The notes under the pieces are model-generated. The model was not told the DNA's origin, searched no databases, and worked only from the letters and a program-made list of their open reading frames with translations. From NCBI RefSeq assembly GCF_902459465.1, contig NC_047079.1, positions 8,804,001-8,868,000 on the forward strand: a stretch of DNA of 64,000 nucleotides. The letters are read 5' to 3'. The position numbers and the translations under genes are program-made. This document shows, in pieces, positions 44,312 through 57,321 of the stretch (position 1 is the first letter of the stretch; each line of letters starts with the position of its first letter). Source of the stretch: Asterias rubens (taxonomy: Eukaryota).

Positions 44312-46045
44312 AGCAATCGCACAACATCGGTAAACAGTATTGTCCAAAGGCCCACACTTCGTGTATCACAACTTATAAAATAACAAACCTGTGAAAATTT
44401 AGGCTCAATCGGTCATCGGAGTCGGGAGAAAAAAAAGGGAAAACCCACCCTTGTTTCCGCATGTTTCGCCGTGTCATGACATGTGTTTAAAAATCTGTTA
44501 ATTGTTTTAATGTTTTCTCAAAAGTAAAGCATATGAAATAATATTTCAAGGGAAGTCTATCACCATTACCTTCTGTTAACTAAACCCTGTAAGTTATTTG
44601 TAAATCTGTGAACTTTAAATTTTTGTTCTGTTCAGAGAGTGTCCAATGGCTTCAAAGGCAGTGGACACTATTGGTAATTGTCAAAGACTAGCCTTCACAA
44701 TTGGTGTATCTCAACATATGCATACAATAACAAACTTGTGAAAATTTGAGCTCAATCGATCATCGAACTTGCGAGATAATAATGAAAGAAAAAATAACCT
44801 TGTCACACGAAATTGTGTGCGTTTAGATAGTTGATTTCGAGACCTCAAGTTCTAAACTCGAGGTCCCGAAATCAAATTCGTGGAAAGTTCCTTCTTTCTC
44901 AAAAACTATGGCACTTCAGAGGGAGCCATTTCTCACAATGTTTTATACCATCAACCTCTCCCCATTACTCGTCACCAAGAAAGGTTTTACGCTAATAATT
45001 ATTTTGAGTAATTACCAATAGTGTACCAATCACCCCCTTTGAACTCTGACTACACTTTCCAGTAATATCCTCGGTCTGGAAGAAATAAGACTTAAGACAG
45101 CGGTCGCTTAGGATCTCATCTGTCTTGATATAGCAACCCTACTACTCGGTACAATCCATCCTCCTTAAAGACACTGGACACTATTGGTGATTGTCAAAGA
45201 CTAGTCTTCTCACTTGGTGTATCTCAACATAGTATGCACAAAATAACAAACCTGTGAAAATTTGGTCTCAACTGGTCGTTGCAGCTGCGAGATAATAATG
45301 GAAGAAAAAATACCCTTGTCGGATAAGTGTGCTTTCAGATTCATTGAATTCGATACCTCAGCTGAGGTCTCGAAGTCATTTCAAATATTTAAGTGAGAAA
45401 TAACTTGTTTCTCAAAAACTATGTTACTTCAGAGGGAGCCATTTCTCACAATGTTGTATTATCAACAGCTCTCCATTGCTCGTTTCCAAGTATGTTTTTC
45501 ATGCTAACAATTATTTTGAGTAACACCAATCGTGTCCAGTACCTTTAAAACCTTGATATAGCAACCGATAATGATGCGTTGTAGGAGACAAGTGCCACTG
45601 TATTCTCAAGCTAGGGATTGAGTTGATGTCTACGCAGCTGGTCTCTGTACTTTTCCATTTTCATTTCAAAGCCAATCTTGAGACAATCTGTTCATTTGAG
45701 GTTTCATAGACTACACTGTATACCTTAAATGAACGATGGTACATGTAGTTTGTCATGTACTGTAATGTTGCGGGTCTGAGTCACAATACTCAAGTGATAC
45801 TTAAGTTTGACTGAAGACTGTCTGACCATTCAATATCCACACTGTGGTTTTGAATAATAAGGTACCTAAAAAATGCCTTGTGCCTGAAGTCTTATAATAT
45901 TTTGAGTGAGAAACTACCTCTCCCTCAAAAACTATGTTACTTCAGTGAAAGCCGTTTCTCACAATGTATCATAATATCAACAGCTCTCCATTGCTTGTTA
46001 CCAAGTAAGCTTTCATGCTAACAATTATTTTAAGCAATTGCAATT
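44312..46045. mobile_element. Cluster of four Kolobok-type elements (44312-44651, 44656-~45040, 45169-45544, ~45860-46045)
   Basis: Repeated TTAA|AG.. termini and a shared internal consensus. Confidence 0.8.
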
Positions 46046-46349
46046 AGTGTCCACTGCTTTTAACATCACGCTAACTGCTAACATCATTTCAATAGCGAGC
46101 TGTGGCTCCAGAACGTCCCCATCAAATCCACACATCACCGCGTAGTACAGACTGTCTGACCCAATTATGCGCTAGCAGTGCTTAAAATATCCTCCAGAGC
46201 GACGACCACAATCCCTTGGAATTGAGTGTCCACGGGTTTAAAATACTCGCCACGAGACGAATAAGAAATGTACCTAGGCACTATTTCATACAGCTGCTGA
46301 GTGGAACACCTTGAGGAACAGAATACTTGAAAGGTGAAGAGAGTGTACT

Positions 46350-46527
46350 ATAGACCATTATCATACTGCCTCCATCTTGGTCATGTTCCTCGTATCCAAT
46401 AACAATAATGAAAGCTAATAATCATTTTGAAATAGGAACCAGACTATTTTGTTCTTCCAGCCTCGGTTTGGTAACATTGATATCAATGGGAGAAATTCAA
46501 GATGGCTGCACCGTGATAAAGGTCTAT
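46350..46527. mobile_element. MITE, ATAGACC-terminal family
   Basis: ATAGACCATTATCA / TGATAAAGGTCTAT; inner ccatcttg/caagatgg. Confidence 0.75.
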
Positions 46528-46859
46528 ACCATCCATGAGCAGTTATTATATAATTTGGTTAATTTTATGACTAGTTAGTGCTTACTCAGCAAAGCTCTGG
46601 ACTAAGTTTTACTGAAAAGGTTTGAATTTTACCTTGTGAACAACATCTACGTATGCTCTAGGAAAATGCAAAATGGGCAAAACCCATGGATGCAATCAAG
46701 TAGGGAATGAAAACACACTACATGTGAAAGGAGGTCACAGAGGCGAAATTGTACAAAGTGGTTAAGGGGCTGATGCTTTGGGTTTTTGAAGGAGCATGGG
46801 CACCACCAAGGTGCTTCTCCTTAGTTAAGGGCACACCTATAGGAAACTATAGGAAAAGG

Positions 46860-46967
46860 GCCACCGATGGGATGACAAGAGCCACCGAGGGGATGACAAG
46901 AGCCACCGAGGGGATGACAAGAGCCACAGAGGGGATGACAAGGGCCACCGAGGGGATGACAAGGGCC
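46860..46967. repeat. 21-bp minisatellite x5 inside a CAGGCCTG-family remnant
   Basis: gccaccgaggggatgacaaga. Confidence 0.9.
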
Positions 46968-47592
46968 ATTGGAGGCAATTGCCTCTGTAACATCCATGAA
47001 GTATCGGGCCAACATGTAATTGGTCACAGGCATGGAGACCTCTCTTGCCTCCTAGAATTCAATCATACCTGTCAAGTGGTGTATATTCTATTTAAAACCC
47101 ATACAAACTTTGAACCGGTACTGACAATTATCATGTACCACATTAGCCAGCAAAGGTACATTAGCTCAGATAAAGCAGCTGATACAATGATAAACCATGG
47201 AATACAATACACAATATAACAATCATCCACATTTCAAGTTCAAAAACAAACACAGTACTTTAGACTGTGCAGCTGCCACTATACTTGAGTATTATGTAGG
47301 AGCATGGCGGTAGTAGGGGTGTGGTACTTAATAAGAGCCCCAAAGATTACTTCACCCTCCTCCCATCCTTAAGTCCCGCCCCTAAAGGCAAGACTGCTAG
47401 TGTTATCCATAGCTACTAGGTCATGAATATTCAGTGACTGAGTAGACAACAAGTTCTTAACCTAGATTTCAAGTGTATACACACTGGAGGATTGGTTTTT
47501 TAAAAGCTATGATGTCATTCACTGAATATTCATGAGGTTGCATGTCAATCAATGGTACCCCACTCCCCTTTCTGGTTCTCCCAAACTAAACC

Positions 47593-47904
47593 CAGGCCTC
47601 TAGAATGTATGCTTCGTTTTTGAAAGGGCAAGGTCACCAAAAGGTATTTTCTGGAAAAGGCACACCCAATGAGGAAATTGCAAATTTCTACTGGAGCATT
47701 TTAAGGACATCTCAAAGGCAATAAGACCAGCCGTCGATTTCACCAAACTCTTCCTAACTTAGAATTAATCTTATAGAATATGGACGCATTAAACCCATCC
47801 TAATTTAGGATGAGTTACTCGTCCTAACTCTAGATAGGATTAATCCTAGCGTTTTATGAAACCGACTGCAGGGGGCATGGAGGCAATGTGAAGTATCAGG
47901 CCTG
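47593..47904. mobile_element. CAGGCCTG element interrupted by a nested MITE (47731-47868)
   Basis: Host termini caggcctc/caggcctg; insert ccgtcgatttcac / atgaaaccgactg flanked by cag/cag. Confidence 0.75.
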
Positions 47905-48309
47905 TAAAACACTCTCTCCAAAAGGCTACAATTAAATCAACAAACGTGAATGACAACAACTATACACAATGTGCGTCCCATTTCCCCACATCTCAAGCTC
48001 TCAAGATTTACACATACCCCAAACAGCCACCCCCCCTATGCCCCCTCAATATTTAATGCTCCATCCCCTACTCAACACCACTTCCTTTACAGACGACCTC
48101 ATGCATATTCAGTGAATGGCATCAGAGCACTGCGTTCGCCGTAATCACAGGTCTTATGTATGTTATTCTCTCAGCCAGGCAGCGTCGATTGGTCGACATG
48201 ATATGATCGGCCGCATTTTCAAGTACCATGGCGCTGGCGCTCACTACCATGGTGACAGCCCTTGCTGGCCCAGGTCCACCCTAGGCTGATAGTCTTGGGA
48301 CAAACATGT

Positions 48310-48662
48310 TAAAAAGGCAAAGTAATTGTCAAATACCAGTATTCTCATCTGGTGTACATCCCAACAGAAAATTTGGACTCAATTGGTGATCGAGTTTGCA
48401 AGAGAATAATGAAAAAAAAAACGTTGTCCTTGTTGCACAAATTTGTGTGCTTTCAGATGCCTTACAAAATATTGGAAGACTTCAGGCCTGAAGCCTTTTA
48501 TTAATTGAGATTAAGTACCTCTTTCTCAAAAACTAGGTTACTTCAGAGACAGCTGTTTCTCTCAATGTTTTATTCTATAATCAGCTCTCCATTGCTTGTT
48601 ACCAAGTCAGTTTTATGCTAATAAATATTTTGAGTAATTACTAATAGTGGCCAGTGCCTTAA
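48310..48662. mobile_element. Kolobok-type element, reverse orientation
   Basis: ...taatagtggccagtgccttaa; internal consensus shared with other copies. Confidence 0.75.
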
Positions 48663-48934
48663 ATTACTACACACAGCTGTATTTATAATGGGAATATGGG
48701 CAGGGTATCAAATCCAGGGATGAATTTGAATTTGGAGCATTGGTTCTAGTCTAGTGCTTTTTTACCCTGGAGGGCAAACATCTTACAGACTCGTCAGAAT
48801 CATTAGTGGCAAAACGTTTCGCCTGCGCAGGAATATAAGGTCATTAGTGCATTTTGGTTTCATAAAATTGTGTTGCATATTTGGAAGCACCTTGTTAATG
48901 GGGTTTATTGATCAAGAGTGGTCTTTAATTTTTG

Positions 48935-49118
48935 GTTTTCACCCATATACACCGATGTGTGTAGCACTGTATACTCAGTACTTTCCCGAGTCCTGTGAAA
49001 AAAATCACAGGCATTTTACTCGGGTGGGATTCGAACCCACGACCTTGCAATTCTAGAGCAGTGTCATACCAACTAGACCACCGAGATTGCCCGGTAGCTA
49101 GAGGCAGTTCGAATCCTA
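48935..49118 (-). mobile_element. tRNA-derived SINE (family C)
   Basis: Minus strand: ctcggtggtctagttgg...gtgggttcgaatcccacccgag...gggaaagtactgagtatacagtgc. Confidence 0.8.
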
Positions 49119-49656
49119 GTCAATCCTTTCAGGTTCATTAGTCCTCAAGTCTTTTATGAAAAAAGGTGAAAATCACTTGTTGAAACGTTTTTTAAAAGGG
49201 GCACCATGTTAAAAACCCACACAGGCATTCACATGCTGCAAAACACATTATGGTTTCAGATACTTATTAAAACCGAAAACAAAAATTGGAAAAACTGTTA
49301 GTATGAAAACTGAAAAGTAGAACACTCTTGTATTTCAGGTTGCACCATATTTATTTAGTTATAATAAATAGGGTAGATGGCCTTAGCTTTCAATCCAAAC
49401 CGGACCTTCTTCAGAGGCATTTATTTAGTTATAATATAAAGCAAGATAAATACAGAATAGTTATTTTTTGTAATATGAATGGTTTTGCTTGATTATAAGG
49501 AAAAAATTATGCATCCCTTTTAGGACGATTTGCGTTACAGTGCGCCCTTTAAAGTTAGCGCTGGAGAGGCCATTTGCAAAGTTTGCCATGGGAAAACTGA
49601 CAAGGTTTTTAGTCATCTCACAGCGCCTGCCACATGACACTGGGTTACAACAAAAA

Positions 49657-49965
49657 TTGGCACAAAACAAAACCATGAAAACCTAATCAGCAGATTGCAC
49701 ACTTTGAATTTCAGTTTCTTTAAACACAACAGAAATTGCTCAAACAGCAGTTGTTGTAAAGGACAAATGTTCCATCAGCAAATTTTTTATCGGGAGAACG
49801 ACCATAAGTCATGTAAGTTGGACATAAAAGAGTTTGGCACAATTAAAACAAAACCATGAAAACCTAATCAGCACATTGCACACTTTAATTTCAGTTTCTT
49901 TGTACACGACAGAAATTGCTCAAACAGCAGTTGTTGTAACGGACAAAATGTTCCATCAGCAAATT
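49657..49965. repeat. ~130-bp direct duplication, ~176-bp period
   Basis: aaaacaaaaccatgaaaacctaatcagca...atgttccatcagcaaattt twice. Confidence 0.85.
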
Positions 49966-51240
49966 TGCTGTCTCAATTTGGGAACAAGACCATATGGAAA
50001 GTAGTTCAAAGGAAACAAAATCTTGATCTACGGATCATTATGCTTTTACTGTCCCTTGCCCATTTCGGGTAAAATTTGTCTTGTATTTTGTTTTGGCAAA
50101 TAATAATAACAATAAATAATAATTAAAAAAAAGATAAAAGAACGTATGCAACACAGAGCTCAAAATGTGTGATAGAAATGTGCTGGTTGGTTTATCAGAT
50201 TATATGGATTGCTTTATAGAATTCTGGTCCAAAAAACACTCTGAGCAGAAATCCCTGGGGTCTTGTCGATTTTCCCAGTGAGGACACTTTCTTGAAAACG
50301 GAACGAGCTACCCTGGCAAACTCATTTATAAACGGCAACAAATTTTACAATTATGTAAAACAAAAATTTCTGAGGCACCATTCATTCAATAACTATTGAC
50401 TTTGTTTCTTTGTGATCATGACTGTGTGTGTGCACAGATCTTGAGCAGATGCGTATTTCCAAAATGCAAATGAGCGAATTAATGAGGCGCCTAGCATCAT
50501 GAATTATTCATGAATGCACCAATGACTCAGCCTCTCCACTTCTTATTCGTTCATGTGTCTGTGTCTTGAGGTAGGGATGGCCATAATAAATAACATGTTA
50601 CTCAAAATAAAAAAGAGTTCACTATTGCATACTGTTTTCTTGGAAGTGTCAATTAATTTCCGTCCTCCACTTTTTCATTTTTTTTCAATAAACACATTAT
50701 GTAAACAAATCTGTGTAAATGCAATAAAATTGCTGGTCAGGATTTACTGAAATGTATTTTAAACACACCAATTTTATTTTAGTTTATAACAAAATAATGG
50801 TTCAAAAAAACCAAAGGTATACATTCCCCAATTTCCATCTGCCTTTGGAGTAAATAAAATAAGATTAGTTTAAAATTTAAAAACATCCTGTTTTAAGTCA
50901 AGATCCATTCTTAGACAAAAGTAAATTCCATCAATGTCCCAAATGATCCCAACCACAGCAGCCATGCTCTTAAATAAACAACTCATAACATAATTTTTCT
51001 CTCCAATTACCACAATTTGCTTTCATGACATTTTGACATATTATTATTAGATTAATTATCCAACCAATTATTGCCCACTGCCACGCGAATGTAAGAAACT
51101 CTGATGCAATATCAGCAATTATGAGTTTAGATGGCGCTGCCATTTAGCAATTTGTCATTTGCTGAGAACTCTTCATGCTCATGGACCAACGCAATTAGTC
51201 TGGTACCTGTACTGTACATTGTATCCAATATGTAAGCTAA

Positions 51241-51600
51241 AGGCACTGGACATGTTAGGTAGTTTTCAAAGACCAGTCTTCACACTTGGTGTATCCCATA
51301 ACAAATCTGTGATTATTGGGCTCAATTGGTCATCGAAGTTGGAAGAGAGTAGTGAAAGAAAAAAACAACCTTGCTGCACAAATTTGTGTGTTTTCAGATG
51401 CCCAATAAAAGGCTCCAGGCTTAAAGTATTTTATTATTTTAGTGAAAAAAATACCTCGTTCTCAAAAGCTACATGTAATACTTGAGAGAGAGCCGTTTCT
51501 CACAATGTTTTATACTATGAACAGCTCTCCAATGCTCGTTCCCAAGTAAGTTTTTATACTTACAATTTGTTGAGCAATTACCAATAGCGTCCAGTGCCTT
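51241..51600. mobile_element. Kolobok-type element, reverse orientation
   Basis: ctaa|aggcactggaca ... gcgtccagtgcct|ttaa. Confidence 0.8.
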
Positions 51601-54600
51601 TAAGAAACTGTAATGAGCACAATTTACAAAAACTTGTTTTCACAAGTACATAGTACCATGTATGTAGTTTGACAGCTGCTGGGGTGTTTTGGTAAGCCGG
51701 GTAGTCATAGTCTCCTACAAGGTTCTGTAAATCAATGGAAACCAACTTCAGTCCTGAAGCTGCCCGCAACGAAATAAAAACCAAATGCGGCGGATCAAAT
51801 ATGAAACCCCTAAAAGGTTTTTAATGGAAGCTAAACATATCTCTGGGCCAGAGGGAGGCAGTACACTAGAGAAACCAGCTCACATTTCAAGGTGTAATAA
51901 CCAAAGGCCCCTCAGGTATTGAGGAACTTTTATTAAATGATAACTCCAAACGTTTTGACGTTAGTGCAAAGTCAAAATCTTCCTCACAAGTTCACACTTT
52001 GTTTAAAAATATCAAACAAAATATCAAAACATCTTCGTTTCTTTTAAGACTTTGATGACCTGCATGCTTTTTAGTATGACCTGAGGGACCATGGGTAAAA
52101 AACTTGTGACTTCACATGTCACATGATCCCGACCCAGAGTCTAGGAAGTTGGATGAATGCCAACATTGGCACTTTCAAATTTACATAAAAGGATCATCCC
52201 TTGTGTCACTTACCGGCCAGACATCTTTTTATGGAACGGGAAATGCAAAACATTTTTTTCCTGATAGTGCCTAAAGCAATATTTACACACACAGTCGCAG
52301 TACATTTGGATCTAATCTCAGAGTCCAGATGTGTTGAAATCAGGAATAAGAGTCATCGTTGACTATAATTTCTAATACCTCGCTCAATATTTTAGAAGGT
52401 ATGATGGTTCCATCTTATGGTCTGTTCAAATGATGTTTGTTTCCACCTGTTGGTAACTTCTGGAGTTCTCAAGGAGCTTTTGGGAACAGTCTCCTCAGTA
52501 GAAAGGTTGATAAAAGGAGCTGGATTCCATTATAATAGAGAAAACAACAGTATTACATGTATGGTTGGGAAAGTTGTTCACCCCAAAGGTTTGAGGTAAC
52601 ACCATTGTATAACACCATTGTGTGTGAATATCTCTTTTTGTGTAGGGTTGGTTCTAACCACTGGTGATTTTCAGAACCAACACTACTCAAAAGGAAATAT
52701 TCACATGGTGTTATTACCGCAAACCTCTCTTAGTCAATTGAATATGTAAGCAATTGGAAAATAAGCAAATGAAAATAAGCAATTGAGAAACACTTCCAGT
52801 GGGAATTCCGCACAGGTGAGGATCAAAATTACCGCTCAAATTGTCATATAAGATCTCATGCATGACAGTCGACAATGTCATCTCGTTTTAAACTTGGGAA
52901 TTTGCACAGTATACACTGACTCTGCATACACCACGGCCGCTGTCGGACAACGTTAATGAGCGCCATTCATATCACAACCGTTTTTGATTGAACGTGCTCA
53001 AAACAAATATCAAGTGGCGCCTGGAGAGCAACGGGAACCCAAAATAAAATACACATTTTAAAACACTCAAGGGTAACGTTACGGGTGTCAGGGAATTCAT
53101 TTTAAAAATAATAAAGTGCCTCCGGGCAGAGTAATCGCCGACAGAGAAAATTTGCATATGACACTTAGACTTGGCTTGTGGAGACTGCAGTGTGTGTGTA
53201 CGTACTTTCGGCTTAAGAGTGAAGGAAGTTTTCTTAAAGGCACTGGGACGGACACCTTTGGTATTTGTCAAAGACCTGTATTCTCACTTGGTGTATCCCA
53301 ACAAAGCACAAAATAATAAACCTGTGAGAGAGCGATTGACTGAGAAACCACTTATTTATAACCAGCTTTTAATTTACAGGCTGTATTTTCATGAATGGAA
53401 ACTAAAAGGGTTACTGACACATCGTCGAGGCTACAACTATACTTAATATTCTGACAATCATAGTACGCCTGAGCTTAATGAAGTTTATAAAAAGAAATTA
53501 CAAAAAAAGTATATATTTTGTTGTTTAATGCTTTCTTTACCCACCAATCAATGAGTTGCACTTAAAACTTAAGTATTTTTAGCAAGCGTGACAGGAAACT
53601 TTCCTGTCTTCATCTTGACACTCTCTGGAGAGATATGCCTGCCTAGCCGTCAAAATACCCCAGGAACATTCCAGAGTACATGTACATGTATAATGCTACG
53701 TCAGATTCTTAAGATGCACGTAAAACAATCGCCCAATGAGTTGTACTGACGTATAAGGGGGGGTTGTAGAACGATCGTGATCTCCTCATTGAAAGATTAA
53801 AATCAATTCCAGCAAAGCTCCGACGAAGAACCACCCAAAAAAGAGTCTTTAATATCAGAAATATCCCTGGGCTTGAAACAGATGAAGGGAATAGTACACA
53901 GTAGTGATCGCGTGCATGCGTCTTCTCCCCTAAGGAAAGGTTCAAGATTGCAGTGCAAAATAATGTGAAACAATTTTCTTGATGTACTCATTAAAATTAA
54001 AATCAAGTTTCATTACACAAGAAATCAATAAAAAGAAAGCTTTCCATTTTACAAAGGAATCAGAAATCAATGTAGGAAGAATTATTATCATGAATGCAGA
54101 TACCAGGAAAATTTAAGTCTCAAAACGTGTTTCAAATTTTCTGACCACGTGGCCCTGGTCTTGATGCCCCTTAGATTTCAAGATTTTGCAATGGAATAAA
54201 AGGAAGCTTTTGGTTTTATCAGTCACATATATTTTGTAAGGTCGATGATTTCATCATTTAAAATCCTTGGACATGTTGGAGCCTATAAAGGTTTAGAGTA
54301 ATTGCTATCTTATAAAAATGTGGAAATAAAAATGGTCCTCTTTTAACCGAACTGAATTATTACTCCACACTGTACCAGCCTAATACTAGCCCAGAGGTTG
54401 GTTACATACTTGCAGTTTACCCCAAATTTTATTTGCAACACATACTGTGTACAAAAGTAATGGTGCGAGATATTAACGCACAGCCTATTTTATAGTATGG
54501 TTTCCGAATGGACAAGTAATGGGGTCAATGTGTCAATTGAGCCTGTTGGAGGACAGACCTTAAGAGGGTTGACCTGTTTTGGTGAGCAAAGTATTTTTGA

Positions 54601-56094
54601 CAAGTAATTAGAGGTAGGGTAAAAGATTGGTTGTTGTAAACGTAATGCTGATTTATTGGCAAGACTTTAAAAGAAAGATGTACACATGTACAATAAAAGT
54701 CACATACAGTTTCAGCAGAAGACACAGGCTGACAGGCCTAGGTACTTGTCGAGAAAACTGCCCAAAAAAATGCTTGATATTTCCTTAAAGTTTATGTATG
54801 TATGAGAGAAATACAAATTTGAAATGGAGGATCTCTGGATTTCAAGGGGCAGCAATTGCAATGCCCACAAGGGCAATTGGCCAATCATCTCCATAAAGTA
54901 TCAGGCGGGCAATACCAAGCTACTGTATATAAAGAGAATGGACAATGAATACATAGCTGAAATTTTGAGCCTTTTTGTGTGTGTGGGTGCCATTTGCGGC
55001 CATTGAGTTAAACTGTATGAGAGAAATAACAATTGATTCGGAGGATTTAGCAATGCTAAGCCCAAGGGGGCAATTTCCTAAATTGCCTCCATGAAGTATG
55101 AGGCAGGCAACACCCCTTTAGAGATAGTGAACATGATTGTAGCTCAAGTTTTGAGTCTTTTTTGTGTGTTCCAGTTTCAGTTATTATTAATCAAGTTTGG
55201 AATACCCACGTAGAGGAAGACCTTGTAGGCTTTGAGATGCAACTCAATACCTCCATGCCAAGACAATTTAGTTAATGGTTCTTGGCATCTTCGTATCAGG
55301 TATGCATTGTGAGAACCAATCAAAGCGCCGCTTTCTGATTGAACATGAGGAACATACGACACTTATCATGAAACGGTGTTGTGTTCCAGAGGAACATCCT
55401 TCCGCCCCACCCCCTCCCTCCCTCCCTCCCTTCCTTACCCAGATAAAAAAGAAAGAGGACCTCCAGAACGGCAGACTAAAGGCACTGAACACGATTGGTA
55501 ATTACTTTTACAATAATTGTTAGCATGAAAACTTACTTGGTAACAAGCAACTCTGTATACAAGATTGTGAGAAACGGCTCCCTCAGAAGTAACTTTTGGA
55601 GTACCAAGGCAAAACAAATCAGCTACAAATGTAGATACATTTTTGTTTGGTCAGAATGACTTAATTTCAGAATGTTACATTCATATTTTGTGCATTGTGG
55701 TAGCATACATTGATATTGGGTCCTTGGGAAAAAAGTAGGTTACATTTTCTTTAGTACGAGGGTGGAGGTATTTTAGGTTAAATATGCCCCAGAAGTGGGC
55801 ACTGAAAGAATATGACAATGTAACTTAAATACATGTATCATGTCAGTGCACAGTGTGTTGCCAGACGTCAACATCATTCAAACAGTCATCAGGTCATGAG
55901 GTTCAGTGTAGAAATAACAACATTGCAGACAATGCTTGTTAATCCTTGTGTGTAAATACACAGCAGTAGTCCAGTCTAAAAGTCATCCGTCTGTAATGTA
56001 ATGCATTACAAAATGCTATACACGTAGCTTCCAACTTGAATTTTGCAATCAGGACGAAATTGTACAACAAAGGGATATTGTAAATCCAACATAC

Positions 56095-56373
56095 TCTGCA
56101 CCGAGGCAACGAGGGCGATTGCCTCCATGCCCCCTGGTCATTACCTTGGTGCCTTTGACATCATGTACAGTCCTACGTGTACGTACAGTGTTCATGTAGG
56201 CGTCGGGCCTGATACTTCACAGGCATTGAAGGCAATTGCCCCCTGGTCATTGCCTTGATGCCCTTAAAATGATCCGGTAGAAACTTAAAATTTCTTCATA
56301 TCATAGGGTGCCCCTTTACCAAAGAGAAGATGCCTTGGTGCCCTTGCCCTTTCAAAATTGAAGCATACACCTG
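56095..56373. mobile_element. CAGGCCTG-family element with a duplicated 5' part
   Basis: ggcaacgagggcgattgcctccatgccccctggtcatt repeated; ends gaagcatacacctg. Confidence 0.7.
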
Positions 56374-57143
56374 TACTGGCCTGTCAGTGTAATAAGGACA
56401 TTTCATAATCAGGGAGATTTTCAAATCTGTTCATCAAAACATGGAAAGATTGATTTATTTTCAGGGCGCTTTCTGCAGAATCAAAAATATTTTGTACAAC
56501 TAGGAAGATATTTAAAACATTCAACATAATAGATTCCCGATTTACTGGAACACAACATACATGTAGCAGCAAGCAAGCAATTAAAATGCCAACACAATTC
56601 ATTAGTTTACAATAGCTTCACAGATTTCCTTGTTCGAACTACAGCAGCAAGTAAATCATTTTCCAATGGCTCTCTATAATTTCTTTAAAGCAGCAGCCTT
56701 GGTTCTTTCATCAAGTCCCTACTGCCGATCGATTTTTCCAACCTCATTACTGGATTGAACACGATGAGCAACGTTCCATTGAATGTTGTTAATTTGTCAT
56801 TTCACCAGATTAGTAGTGATGGCAATCTACGTTTAGGGCCAATCAGCCCTGACTGGGGTTCGTGACGTGAATGCCTGGAATAGATTGATGACAACGCTAT
56901 CAGCGATATCAATAGTTTAAATTATGGTTTAAATTATGGTGTCTAAGGCAAACTGTGCGAGTATGACATCAATTCTTCATGAGGAAACCAAGGTAGAGAA
57001 AGCGGTCAAAGGGAGAAACTAGTTTCAATGGTTTAAATTATAGAAATGATGTGATGTGGGAAACTGTGTGTGTATGAAATTTGCATGCTTATCAAGTATG
57101 AGCCTGATATGCACAGTCAGTGTAAACAGTATGACCCAAAGCC

Positions 57144-57321
57144 AATAGACCGATCCAGTAGGCTCCGCCCACGACGCATGTGTGAGCAAGAACACGTGGG
57201 GCTCTCCAATGCCTTTCTGCACAACTCTGCCACGCGCGCCAAGATACGCGCACGCATGGGACCTTTGTTGCGTTGTGATTGGTCAATACGCAATGGGCGG
57301 AGCTTAATGGATCGGTCTATT
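57144..57321. mobile_element. MITE, AATAGACC-terminal, carrying GC-boxes and CCAAT motifs
   Basis: AATAGACCGATCCA / TGGATCGGTCTATT perfect termini; inner gctccgccca / tgggcggagc. Confidence 0.8.

Noticed and set aside
46749-47219. 156-aa plus-strand ORF with (RATEGMT)5
   Set aside because: Translation of a 21-bp minisatellite within a transposon remnant.
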